Translations under genes and position numbers: made by a program
NCBI GenBank assembly: GCA_022563115.1
Contig: JADFNY010000001.1
Location: 1-29,088 of the forward strand
DNA from: Acidobacteriota bacterium
GTDB lineage: Bacteria; Acidobacteriota; UBA890
DNA: 29,088 nt
Direction: 5' to 3'
The notes under the pieces: generated by a model
Databases searched by the model: none
The model's input: the letters and a program-made list of their open reading frames with translations, nothing else
Told to the model about the DNA's origin: nothing
Shown: piece by piece, positions 8,720-16,794 of the stretch
Layout of the letters: the number at the start of each line of letters is the position of its first letter
Position numbering within the stretch: position 1 is the first letter of the stretch

Positions 8720-10083
8720 AGCGTCACTCGTTTGGCGTCGAGCTCCGTGTCACCTTCTCCGGACGCCAACCGGGGACCGTCCTGGGCCGCCGGCCTCTGC
8801 AGGAACTCGGCCCCGAGGAACTCGTCGACATCGGCGAAAAACGTCTTGGCGACGTCCAGCCCTTTGTCGCGGACGATCGCCCGCATGCCCACGAGCGGCA
8901 CGTGGGCAAGCCGTCGCGCCAACACTTGAGCCCAACGGGCCACCACCTCGCGGTCATCCTCGCTCAGTGTTGACAGGTCCTTGCGGAACAAGCGCTCGAG
9001 CGCGATTCGGGTGGTTTCCTGGTATTTCCGTTGCATCGCCACCAGCATCGGCGATAACGCCTTGTCGGCCAGCCGGCCGCGCAGGTCGGCAAGTGCCCGA
9101 TCGACCATCGCCCGGGCATCGGCGGCAGCGTCGGCGCGCTGCTCGCTGTGTTTCCGGCCCTCATCGACGATGTCATCGATGCCGACCCGCTCGACGCCCG
9201 CCGCGACCGCATCGGCGGCGGCGACATCCGGTGGATTCGCCATGTCGATGATCAACGGTGGGCGACTCGAGGGCGAACGCGCCGCCAGCCGTTCGAGATC
9301 GGCGCGGGTGATCACCGGGTCGGGCGAGGCGGTCGCTGTGATCACGACTTCGATCTCGTCGGTTCCTCCACCGAGCGCCTCGAGCGGGCGCGCCACCCCG
9401 CCGACGCGGTCGGCGAGCTCGGCGGCGCGCTCGAGCGAGCGGTTGAAAACGATGATCTCGATCCCTTCTTGAGCGAGCGTCTCGGCGCAGCGCTCCGTCA
9501 TCGGCGATACGCCGACAATACCGAGAGCGGATGGAGTCTCTGCCAGGCGCTCGCGAGCGCGCAAGATGGCGACCTCGGCCAACGAGACCTTGCCCACGCC
9601 GATCCTGGTGCTTCCGTGGATTCGTCGAGCCGTCTTGGTGGCTTCCTCGAACAACCACTCGAGTCGCGGCCCGACCAGGCCGAGGGTACGCGAGAGCTCC
9701 AGCGATTCCCGTATCTGTCCGCGAATCTCGGTTTCGCCGACCATGGCGGAATCCAACCCGGCGGCAACGTGGAAGACGTGCTCCACCGCGCCTTCGCCCA
9801 CCCACGCCGTCATGGCTCGCTCCGACTCACCCACGGCGGGTGTTCGCCCGGTGATCGCGGCGTAGATCCGGGGGCGACAAGCGCTCACGGGATCGCTTTT
9901 GTCGGCGACGTACACCACTTCAACCCGGTTGCACGTCGCCAGGTACACGACCTCCTGTAGGCCGGCGCTGGCGGCGATCTCGCGAATCGCCTGCGGCCGC
10001 TCGTCGACGGGGATGGTGAAGCGGGCTACCGCGTCGTTACCTTGACGGCGCCAACTCACACCTGCCACGCCGATTCTGTCCAT
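8716..10083 (-). CDS. hemA: Glutamyl-tRNA reductase
   Basis: YLATCNRVE (catalytic Cys), HVFHVAAGLDSAMVGETEIRGQ, FNRS, ITATAS, IIDMANPPDV. The Rossmann glycine loop is degenerate (GVSPMT). Confidence 0.9.
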   Translation of the reverse strand: MDRIGVAGVSWRRQGNDAVARFTIPVDERPQAIREIAASAGLQEVVYLATCNRVEVVYVADKSDPVSACRPRIYAAITGRTPAVGESERAMTAWVGEGAVEHVFHVAAGLDSAMVGETEIRGQIRESLELSRTLGLVGPRLEWLFEEATKTARRIHGSTRIGVGKVSLAEVAILRARERLAETPSALGIVGVSPMTERCAETLAQEGIEIIVFNRSLERAAELADRVGGVARPLEALGGGTDEIEVVITATASPDPVITRADLERLAARSPSSRPPLIIDMANPPDVAAADAVAAGVERVGIDDIVDEGRKHSEQRADAAADARAMVDRALADLRGRLADKALSPMLVAMQRKYQETTRIALERLFRKDLSTLSEDDREVVARWAQVLARRLAHVPLVGMRAIVRDKGLDVAKTFFADVDEFLGAEFLQRPAAQDGPRLASGEGDTELDAKRVTL

Positions 10084-10159
10084 GTGCCTCGAAGGCTGCC
10101 ACCCGTTGAGAATGCGAGCTTAGCTACCCGGACAAGCTAGCCCGGAGCCGCTCCCGGAG

Positions 10160-10176
10160 TTGTCACAGACTTGTCA
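10160..10176. promoter_or_regulatory. Candidate OmpR/PhoB-type direct-repeat operator upstream of hemA
   Basis: TTGTCA-cagac-TTGTCA, two hexamers with an 11-bp period, in the 142-bp hemH-hemA gap. Resembles the CTGTCA-N5-CTGTCA Pho-box architecture. Confidence 0.35.
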
Positions 10177-10225
10177 TCAACCGCAGCCCCCCGCACCCGC
10201 AGTAGCATCCCGTCGGGAACGCGGG

Positions 10226-11197
10226 CTAGCTGTTGGGGAACGCCGTTCGCACAAGGGCGGCCAGCAGCGCCGGATGATCCTCGGGCGCGTCGACCCGGAT
10301 GAAGGTGTCGCCTCCGGCTTCCTCGAACAGTTCACGACCCCGGACGCCGATCTCCTGGATGGTTTCGAGACCGTCGGTCAGAAACCCCGGCGCGATCACC
10401 GCGAGACTACGGACGCCTCTCCGGGGCAGCTCCGCGAACAGTTCGGCGGTTGTCGGCTTCAGCCATGGCTCGGGACCGAACTTCGACTGATAGCAATGGG
10501 TGGCGCGCCCCGGGTCCCAATCGAGCGCCCTCAGGAGAGCATCGGTCGTGGCCAGACAGTCGGCACTGTACTGCTTCCGCTCGCGGCGGTCGTAGCGGGT
10601 CGGAATGCCGTGGTACGAAAGCAAGAGGTGCTCCGGTTCGACCCCGGCCTCCGCCCATGCGACGCGGCAGCGATCGGCCAAGGCGTCGATGAATCCGGGA
10701 TCATCCGCGGGCAGCGTCACCTTGCGGACGTTGGCAGGAACGCCGAGCGCGAGCGCGACTCGATCCGCTTCGAGAAACACCGACCCGGTCGTCGAGCTGG
10801 TCCGGTGCGCGTACAGGGGAAGGACCACCGCTTCGGTATCTGTGCCAACCCGCTCGCTGAACGTCCGATGCAGCGAACGGTCGCCGTACCGATAGGCCCA
10901 TGCGACGTCAAAGCGGTCGCCGGCGATCTCCTCGATCCCCGCCGCGATCTTGCGAGTGCCGACCTCGAGCGGTGACCCGCCCGCCGTCCAGATCGATCGA
11001 TACAGCTTCGCCACCCTGCGGGGGCGGCGGCGTAGTACGAGGCGGCGCAGAATCGGTTGCCACAGCCAGCCCGGCAAGTCGATGACGCTCGGATCCGACA
11101 GAAACTCGAGCAGGAACTTGTGCACGGCCTCGGGAGTCGGGGCGTCGGGCGTCCCGAGATTGACGATGATCAGAAGCCGCCGATTCGCTGTGCTCAT
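10226..11197 (-). CDS. hemH: Ferrochelatase, protoporphyrin (PpfC) type
   Basis: VNLGTPDAP, FLSDPSVID, LSYHGIP, YQSKFGPEPWLKP, GFLTDGLETIQEI. Confidence 0.95.
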   Translation of the reverse strand: MSTANRRLLIIVNLGTPDAPTPEAVHKFLLEFLSDPSVIDLPGWLWQPILRRLVLRRRPRRVAKLYRSIWTAGGSPLEVGTRKIAAGIEEIAGDRFDVAWAYRYGDRSLHRTFSERVGTDTEAVVLPLYAHRTSSTTGSVFLEADRVALALGVPANVRKVTLPADDPGFIDALADRCRVAWAEAGVEPEHLLLSYHGIPTRYDRRERKQYSADCLATTDALLRALDWDPGRATHCYQSKFGPEPWLKPTTAELFAELPRRGVRSLAVIAPGFLTDGLETIQEIGVRGRELFEEAGGDTFIRVDAPEDHPALLAALVRTAFPNS

Positions 11198-11253
11198 GGT
11201 CGAGGAGGGTTCGTCCGGTCGAGGCCACCGCTCGCAGCGATGTCACGATGGGC

Positions 11254-12759
11254 CTAGATGCTTTCTCGCTGCGGTTCCCGCAGCCGGATGAAGCGTCGCG
11301 CTAGGTCGAGTTCCCATGGTTTCCCATACCGGCAAGTGGCGTATCGCCAGCCGGCGAGGCGACGAATCAGGGTCTTGCCCCAGCGCGGTGTCGTGTAGTC
11401 CTGAACGGTAGGGAATCGACAATAGAGTACCTTCGAAAAGTCTTTCACGCGTTGCCGTATCGCCGGCGTGAGCCACGGAGCGTCCTGGTGGCAGACATAG
11501 TCGATCCACTGCGCCTGCGTCCATTCCTCGGGCGTCGTCGGTAGCGCCGGTCCCTCCGGCCCGTAGGTTCGCAACACCGGAATGCGCGCGCTCGATCGGT
11601 CCCGTTCCGTCCAAGCGGGCTCCCGTTGCGGTGTCGGACTGTAGAAATAGAGGATGACTTCGCACGTCGGGTGGATCGCTTTCAGTTTCTTGATGAACTC
11701 GAACGTCTTCTCGATTTCTCCTTCGGGATCTTCGGGGCCGCCGAGGACGAACGAGAATTCCGGTATGACCCCGTGCGCGCGACAGCGACGCGCGACCTCG
11801 AAAGTGTGTTCGACCTTGGTCCCTTTCTTCATGCTTTTGAGGACGGAATCACTCGCCGCCTCCGCCCCGACGTAGGTCATCTTGAGGCTGCTCTTTTCGA
11901 TCAGATTCCACGTCTTGGTCGAGAAATTGGCCAACGTGTCGGTTCGGGCGTAGCACCACCAGGGAAGCTGGAAGTGGGCGAGCACCTCCAGGATCTCCAC
12001 GCTGGTCTCCTCACGGTCGAAAAAGTTGTGGTCGTAGTACTGGACGGCGTTCGCCCCGTACTTGTCACGCAACGTCGTAAGAGCGGCGGCCAGGCGGTCG
12101 GTGCCTTGGAGATCGGTGTGGCCGTTGAACATGGACACCACGCCACAGAAGGTGCAGCGGTACCGGCAGCCGATTGCCGCTTGGTGTACCGCCGTGCGCG
12201 AACCGAGAAAGCTCGGCCTGAGGTATTGCTCGACGTCCCGCAGGCGGTCGTACGGGTAGGGTGGGTAGGCGTCCGGCGAGCGGAACGGGCGGTCGGGGTT
12301 GTGCACTATTTGGCCGTTCAGCTTCCACGTCAGGCCACGAATCTCAGCCGGGCCGGCACCGGGAAGCCGGTCCAGCAACTCCAGTAGCGTCTCCTCTCCC
12401 TGGCCTCGGATCACGAAATCGACGTAGGGCGCGTTGATGGCGGAGTCTGGATACAGGGTAGGGAAAAAGCCGCCCCACGCGATGGGCACCTCCGGGGCGT
12501 GTTCCCGAACCATCGATGAAATCTCGATGGCGGGTGCGACCTGCGGGCCGGGCATCACGGTGACGGCAACCAGTGCCACATCGGATTGATCGAGAAGGCT
12601 CTGTATCTCGGAGAGGGGGTTGGGAACGACGTTGCCGTCGATGATCTCGAATTCCCATCGTTCCTCGAGTGCGGCACCGAGCGCCAGAAGCGACAAGGGG
12701 AACCGCACCGCCCGCGGGGAGCACATTTTCGGATTGACCAGGATGACGCGTCGCCTCAT
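11254..12759 (-). CDS. Cobalamin-binding radical SAM protein (class B methyltransferase-like)
   Basis: N-terminal B12-binding domain ([31 protein letters not shown]), [15 protein letters not shown]. The ATG at 12759 overlaps the fcl stop. Confidence 0.88.
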   Translation of the reverse strand: MRRRVILVNPKMCSPRAVRFPLSLLALGAALEERWEFEIIDGNVVPNPLSEIQSLLDQSDVALVAVTVMPGPQVAPAIEISSMVREHAPEVPIAWGGFFPTLYPDSAINAPYVDFVIRGQGEETLLELLDRLPGAGPAEIRGLTWKLNGQIVHNPDRPFRSPDAYPPYPYDRLRDVEQYLRPSFLGSRTAVHQAAIGCRYRCTFCGVVSMFNGHTDLQGTDRLAAALTTLRDKYGANAVQYYDHNFFDREETSVEILEVLAHFQLPWWCYARTDTLANFSTKTWNLIEKSSLKMTYVGAEAASDSVLKSMKKGTKVEHTFEVARRCRAHGVIPEFSFVLGGPEDPEGEIEKTFEFIKKLKAIHPTCEVILYFYSPTPQREPAWTERDRSSARIPVLRTYGPEGPALPTTPEEWTQAQWIDYVCHQDAPWLTPAIRQRVKDFSKVLYCRFPTVQDYTTPRWGKTLIRRLAGWRYATCRYGKPWELDLARRFIRLREPQRESI

Positions 12760-13736
12760 GGAATTGGCTCGCCAGGTCGTGGAGTCTTGTCTGATTCGAT
12801 GCGCGAGTGATTGTTCTCGCAAAACCATGAATACGTCTTGCGGAGGCCTTCTTTCAACCCCGTCTCCGGTTGCCACCCGAGGGCGCGCAACCGGGATGCG
12901 TCAAGGAGCTTGCGTGGTGCACCGTCGGGCTTATCGGGCTCAAAACGAATCTCTGCACCCGGAAAGACGATCTCACGGATCATCTCGGCGAGCTCGCGGA
13001 TTTCCAAGTCCTGTCCGGTCCCGATGTTGATGTGGTCTTCGTCGGAGTATTCCTTCATCAGAAACAGGCAAGCGTCGGCGAGGTCATCAACGTACATGAA
13101 CTCCCGTCGGGCGGTCCCGGTTCCCCATACCCTGACCTGGCTCTCGCCCGATAGGCGTACGTCGTGAAAGCGGCGCATCAGTGCGGCGATCACGTGGGAC
13201 GACTCGGTTTCGAAGTTGTCCTGCGGGCCGTACAGGTTGGTCGGCATCACGCTGATGAAGTCGCATCCGTATTGTCGCCGATATGCCTGGCAGAGCTTTA
13301 TGCCGGCGATCTTGGCCATCGCGTAGGGCTCGTTTGTAGGCTCCAGGGGTCCGGTGAGCAACGCCTCTTCAGGCATCGGCTGCTCTGCCTCGCGCGGGTA
13401 GCTACACGAGCTTCCGAGATAGAGGAGCTTTGTCGCACCGTGCCGATAGGCGGCATGCACGACGGTGGCGTGGATCATCAGATTGTCGTAGATGAACTCC
13501 GCCGGTCGGGTAGCGTTCGCCCAAATACCGCCGACGGTTCCCGCCGCCAGAAACACGTAGCCGGGGTTTGATTCCTCGAACCACGCATCGACGTCCGCCT
13601 GGTTCCGAAGGTCGAGCTGCGCTCGCGTCGGCAGGAGAAGGCGTTCGAACCCCTCCTGTCGGAGCCGGCGGACAATGGCTGAGCCGACGAGCCCTCGATG
13701 CCCCGCCACATAGACTCTCGCTTCTGTATCGAACAT
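12756..13736 (-). CDS. fcl: GDP-L-fucose synthase (GDP-4-keto-6-deoxymannose epimerase/reductase)
   Basis: [65 protein letters not shown]. Start set at the ATG at 13736. Confidence 0.93.
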   Translation of the reverse strand: MFDTEARVYVAGHRGLVGSAIVRRLRQEGFERLLLPTRAQLDLRNQADVDAWFEESNPGYVFLAAGTVGGIWANATRPAEFIYDNLMIHATVVHAAYRHGATKLLYLGSSCSYPREAEQPMPEEALLTGPLEPTNEPYAMAKIAGIKLCQAYRRQYGCDFISVMPTNLYGPQDNFETESSHVIAALMRRFHDVRLSGESQVRVWGTGTARREFMYVDDLADACLFLMKEYSDEDHINIGTGQDLEIRELAEMIREIVFPGAEIRFEPDKPDGAPRKLLDASRLRALGWQPETGLKEGLRKTYSWFCENNHSRIESDKTPRPGEPIP

Positions 13737-13784
13737 CAACGCAACGCCGTCAGTTATGTTCTGGCCAGGAATTGAGACACCGAG

Positions 13785-13865
13785 CAGGGTGCTGCAGAAC
13801 TCCCGGGGGCGCCTCTGCCCCACAAGAGCCATGCGCCGCGCCCCCGGGAGTTCTTCAGCACCCTG
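13785..13865. mobile_element. 81-bp palindromic element (MITE/REP-like) with 28-bp terminal inverted repeats
   Basis: cagggtgctgcagaactcccgggggcgc (13785-13812) pairs with gcgcccccgggagttcttcagcaccctg (13838-13865) at 27/28 positions around a 25-nt spacer. The inverted repeat is certain; mobility is inferred. Confidence 0.6.
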
Positions 13866-13872
13866 TTAAGAT
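13864..13872 (+). promoter_or_regulatory. Putative extended -10 element (TGnTAAGAT) for the GT4-led plus-strand operon
   Basis: TG-T-TAAGAT about 30 nt upstream of the ATG at 13902. The TG is supplied by the end of the inverted-repeat element. Confidence 0.3.
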
Positions 13873-13901
13873 ACTCCAGGAGCGGACCCTCGTTTGAAAG
13901 C

Positions 13902-14990
13902 ATGAGTCCACCGCGTCGGGTATCACCCACGGCCGAGCGGCAGCCGAGCGTCGTATTCATGGTCCCCGGCTTCCCCGAGGGCGAGGAGGACACAACGTGT
14001 CTTCCCGCGATCCAGAATTACATAGACGCCTTTTGCGCGTCGCGACCCGACCTCGACGTGCACGTGATCGCGTTCCAATATCCGTTTTTCCGCGGAGAAT
14101 ACGCGTGGAAGGAAGCGACGGTTCACGCTCTCGGTGGGATGAACCGCAGGAGCTTGAGGCGCATGCCCACGTGGGCACGGGCGATCCTGACCTTCATGCG
14201 ACTCCGCAGGCGCACGGATGTGCGGGTGCTGCACACATTTTGGTTGACCGAATGCACTCGAGTCGGTCAATGGCTCGGCAGGGCCTTCGGAATCCGGCAC
14301 GTCGCCAGTATTGGCGGGCAGGACGCCCAACCGACAAATCCGTACCTGCGCCACCTGAGGCTGGATGATCTGGTGCTGACGGCGGGCTCCAACTTTACCG
14401 CCAATGTTTTCGCCAAGCACTCCGCCGGTGCGCGCGTTCATGTGATCCCCCTCGGACTTGATACGAGGCACCTGGAAGCGATCGATCCCCCGCCGGAGAG
14501 AGACATCGATGTGATCGGCGTCGGTTCGCTCATCCCGTTGAAGGACTACGGAGCGTTCGTGGATATCGTTGCCGCTCTCACCTCCGATTTTCCCGACGTC
14601 AGCGCCCGCATCATCGGTGCCGGTCCGCAGCAGGAGGCGCTCCGAGAGCGCATCGTGCGGCATGGTTTGCAGAACAACGTCGTGCTGATGGGTCATCTAC
14701 CCCGCGACGAAGTCTTCCGTTACATGCTGCGGAGCAAGGTATTCCTGCACACCTCGAAGTACGAGAGTCAGGGCTACGTTTTTCTGGAGGCGCTCTTTGC
14801 CGGGTTGCACGTGGTCTGCTACGACGTTGGGTACACCGGCAATAGCGACCGTGTATTCAGGTGCCGGTCGAGCCACGAGATCATCGACGTGGCGACCGAC
14901 CTGATCCGCAATCCTGGCCGCTTGCTTCGCCAGCGAGTGCCAACCGTGGAGGATACAGTCAGGGCCTTCGAAGCGATCTACGGCGACTGA
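13902..14990 (+). CDS. Glycosyltransferase family 4 (GT-B, retaining)
   Basis: VIPLGLD, IGVGSLIPLKDY, IIGAGPQ, GHLPRDEV, VFLHTSKYESQGYVFLEAL (ExxxxxxxE). Confidence 0.88.
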   Translation: MSPPRRVSPTAERQPSVVFMVPGFPEGEEDTTCLPAIQNYIDAFCASRPDLDVHVIAFQYPFFRGEYAWKEATVHALGGMNRRSLRRMPTWARAILTFMRLRRRTDVRVLHTFWLTECTRVGQWLGRAFGIRHVASIGGQDAQPTNPYLRHLRLDDLVLTAGSNFTANVFAKHSAGARVHVIPLGLDTRHLEAIDPPPERDIDVIGVGSLIPLKDYGAFVDIVAALTSDFPDVSARIIGAGPQQEALRERIVRHGLQNNVVLMGHLPRDEVFRYMLRSKVFLHTSKYESQGYVFLEALFAGLHVVCYDVGYTGNSDRVFRCRSSHEIIDVATDLIRNPGRLLRQRVPTVEDTVRAFEAIYGD

Positions 14991-15042
14991 CTTGGAGGTC
15001 GGAGCAAAGCGCGTCACCCTTCGTTTCACCTCAAAGAAGGCG

Positions 15043-15834
15043 ATGTTGCATCCATACTTCTTCAAGAAGCTGTTGCTCAAATCAGCGATCGCGCTCCCCG
15101 CGCCCCGTCTCTTGTCCCGGCTCTGTCGTCTGTACAACGACGCCAAGAACGGGGAGAACTTCGGCGATATGACGATCAACGGCGAGGTGCGCTTTCTCCG
15201 CTCCCAGGCCCACGGCTGTGACGTGCTCTTCGACGTCGGCGCCAACCGAGGTGAATGGACCCAGCACGCTCTGGCGGCGACCAAAGAGGCTCAAATCCAC
15301 TGCTTTGAACCGCTACCGTCCCTTTACCAGACACTGCTCGCCAACCAATTTCCGCGGCGGGTCGTCTGCAATGAGTTCGGGTTGTCTGACGAGACCGGTG
15401 AGCGTCAAATGGACCCCGCGACAACATCCTTGTACGGCCGCCGCCCGAATTCCGACGGCGGTCCTGCGTCCTCGTTGACAGCAACTGTCCGGTTGAGCAC
15501 CCTCGACGAATATTGTGCCGAGCAAGGGGTCGAGCAGATTGATTTACTCAAGCTCGATGTGGAGGGGCACGAGCTGGCCGTGTTGCGGGGTGGACAGAAA
15601 ATGATCCACGAGGGACGCGTCAAACGGATTCAATTCGAGTATGGCCCGTGCAACATCGATTCGCGCGTGCTGTTACGCGACTTGTTCGCGTTCTTCGAAG
15701 ACCTGGAGTACGACGTCTACAAGATCACTCCGCGCAAGCTAGTCAAGCTGAGCGCGTACGACCGGCGATTGGAGAACTTCCAATACAAGAACTTCGCGGT
15801 GCTGCATCCGTCGCTCGGGGCAAAGCGGAGCTGA
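15043..15834 (+). CDS. FkbM-family methyltransferase
   Basis: FDVGANRGEW, HCFEP, TLDEY, IDLLKLDVEGHELAVLRG, IQFEY. ATG at 15043 follows AAGAAGG; a TTG at 14992 is an alternative start. Confidence 0.88.
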   Translation: MLHPYFFKKLLLKSAIALPAPRLLSRLCRLYNDAKNGENFGDMTINGEVRFLRSQAHGCDVLFDVGANRGEWTQHALAATKEAQIHCFEPLPSLYQTLLANQFPRRVVCNEFGLSDETGERQMDPATTSLYGRRPNSDGGPASSLTATVRLSTLDEYCAEQGVEQIDLLKLDVEGHELAVLRGGQKMIHEGRVKRIQFEYGPCNIDSRVLLRDLFAFFEDLEYDVYKITPRKLVKLSAYDRRLENFQYKNFAVLHPSLGAKRS

Positions 15835-15837
15835 GCC

Positions 15838-16794
15838 ATGTCCGGAGACATGGAATTGGTGCAGCTCCTGGTGTGTCCCTCGTGTCGGACACCGCTGGTC
15901 GAAGAGACCGACGGCATATTGCGCTGTCCGGATGAAGGGACGACCTACACTCGCGAGGCGGGTGTCTGGCGGCTGCTCGACGACTCCAGAGGTTCGGACG
16001 CGACCAGATTTCTGGCCCACTACCAGGCCGTGCGGCGACGTGAGGGCTGGGGTGCCGACGACGACGGCTACTACCGGGCCCTGCCATTCGAGGACCGAAC
16101 CGGTCGTCATCCGGCGATCTGGTACATCCGCGCGACAACGTATCGAGTGTTCGTCCGCAAGGTCATGCAACCGATCGAGACCGTTCGTGGAAGGCAGAGA
16201 ATCCTCGATCTCGGTGCCGGCAACGGCTGGCTCTCGTACCGCCTCGCCCGCCGCGGTCACGAGGTGGCCGCGGTCGATCTCAACGACGACCCGCAGGACG
16301 GCCTGGGCGCCCACGTTCACTACGACCGCGAGGCGCCGTTCGCGGTGATCCAGGCGTCATTCGATCAACTGCCCTGGCCGGACGATGTCATCGACTTGGC
16401 CATCTACAACGGCAGCCTGCACTACAGCACCGATTACTGCGCCACCCTGCGCGAAGCGCTTCGCGTGCTCGCCCCGGGTGGCCGGGTGGTGATTCTCGAC
16501 TCTCCCTTTTATCGCCACCGCAAGAGCGGTGAGGCGATGGTTCGAGAGCGAGAGGATGTCTTTCGAGACGACTGCGGCGGTGACACCGGTGGGATGGGCA
16601 ACGAGGGATTCTTGACGCTCGCCCGCCTGGACGGGCTGGAACAGGACCTCGGCATCTCATGGCGGGTGTTGCACCCGTACTACGGACTCCGCTGGGCGCT
16701 ACAGCCGGTCAAGAACTGGATCATGGGGCGGCGTGAGCCGGCTCGCTTCCATGTCGTCATCGGCTCCTCGTCATCGGGTGAAGCTTCGCGATGA
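15838..16794 (+). CDS. Class I SAM-dependent methyltransferase with N-terminal Trm112-like domain
   Basis: LVCPSCRTPL...LRCPDEGTTY...GVWRLL, then ILDLGAGNGW, AAVDL, FDQLPW, YNGSLHY, LRVLAPGG. Confidence 0.82.
   Translation: MSGDMELVQLLVCPSCRTPLVEETDGILRCPDEGTTYTREAGVWRLLDDSRGSDATRFLAHYQAVRRREGWGADDDGYYRALPFEDRTGRHPAIWYIRATTYRVFVRKVMQPIETVRGRQRILDLGAGNGWLSYRLARRGHEVAAVDLNDDPQDGLGAHVHYDREAPFAVIQASFDQLPWPDDVIDLAIYNGSLHYSTDYCATLREALRVLAPGGRVVILDSPFYRHRKSGEAMVREREDVFRDDCGGDTGGMGNEGFLTLARLDGLEQDLGISWRVLHPYYGLRWALQPVKNWIMGRREPARFHVVIGSSSSGEASR

Noticed and set aside
10117-10158. Three cccgga and several agct repeats upstream of hemA
   Set aside because: Irregular spacing (14 and 12 bp) and short GC-rich words; not a CRISPR or iteron pattern.
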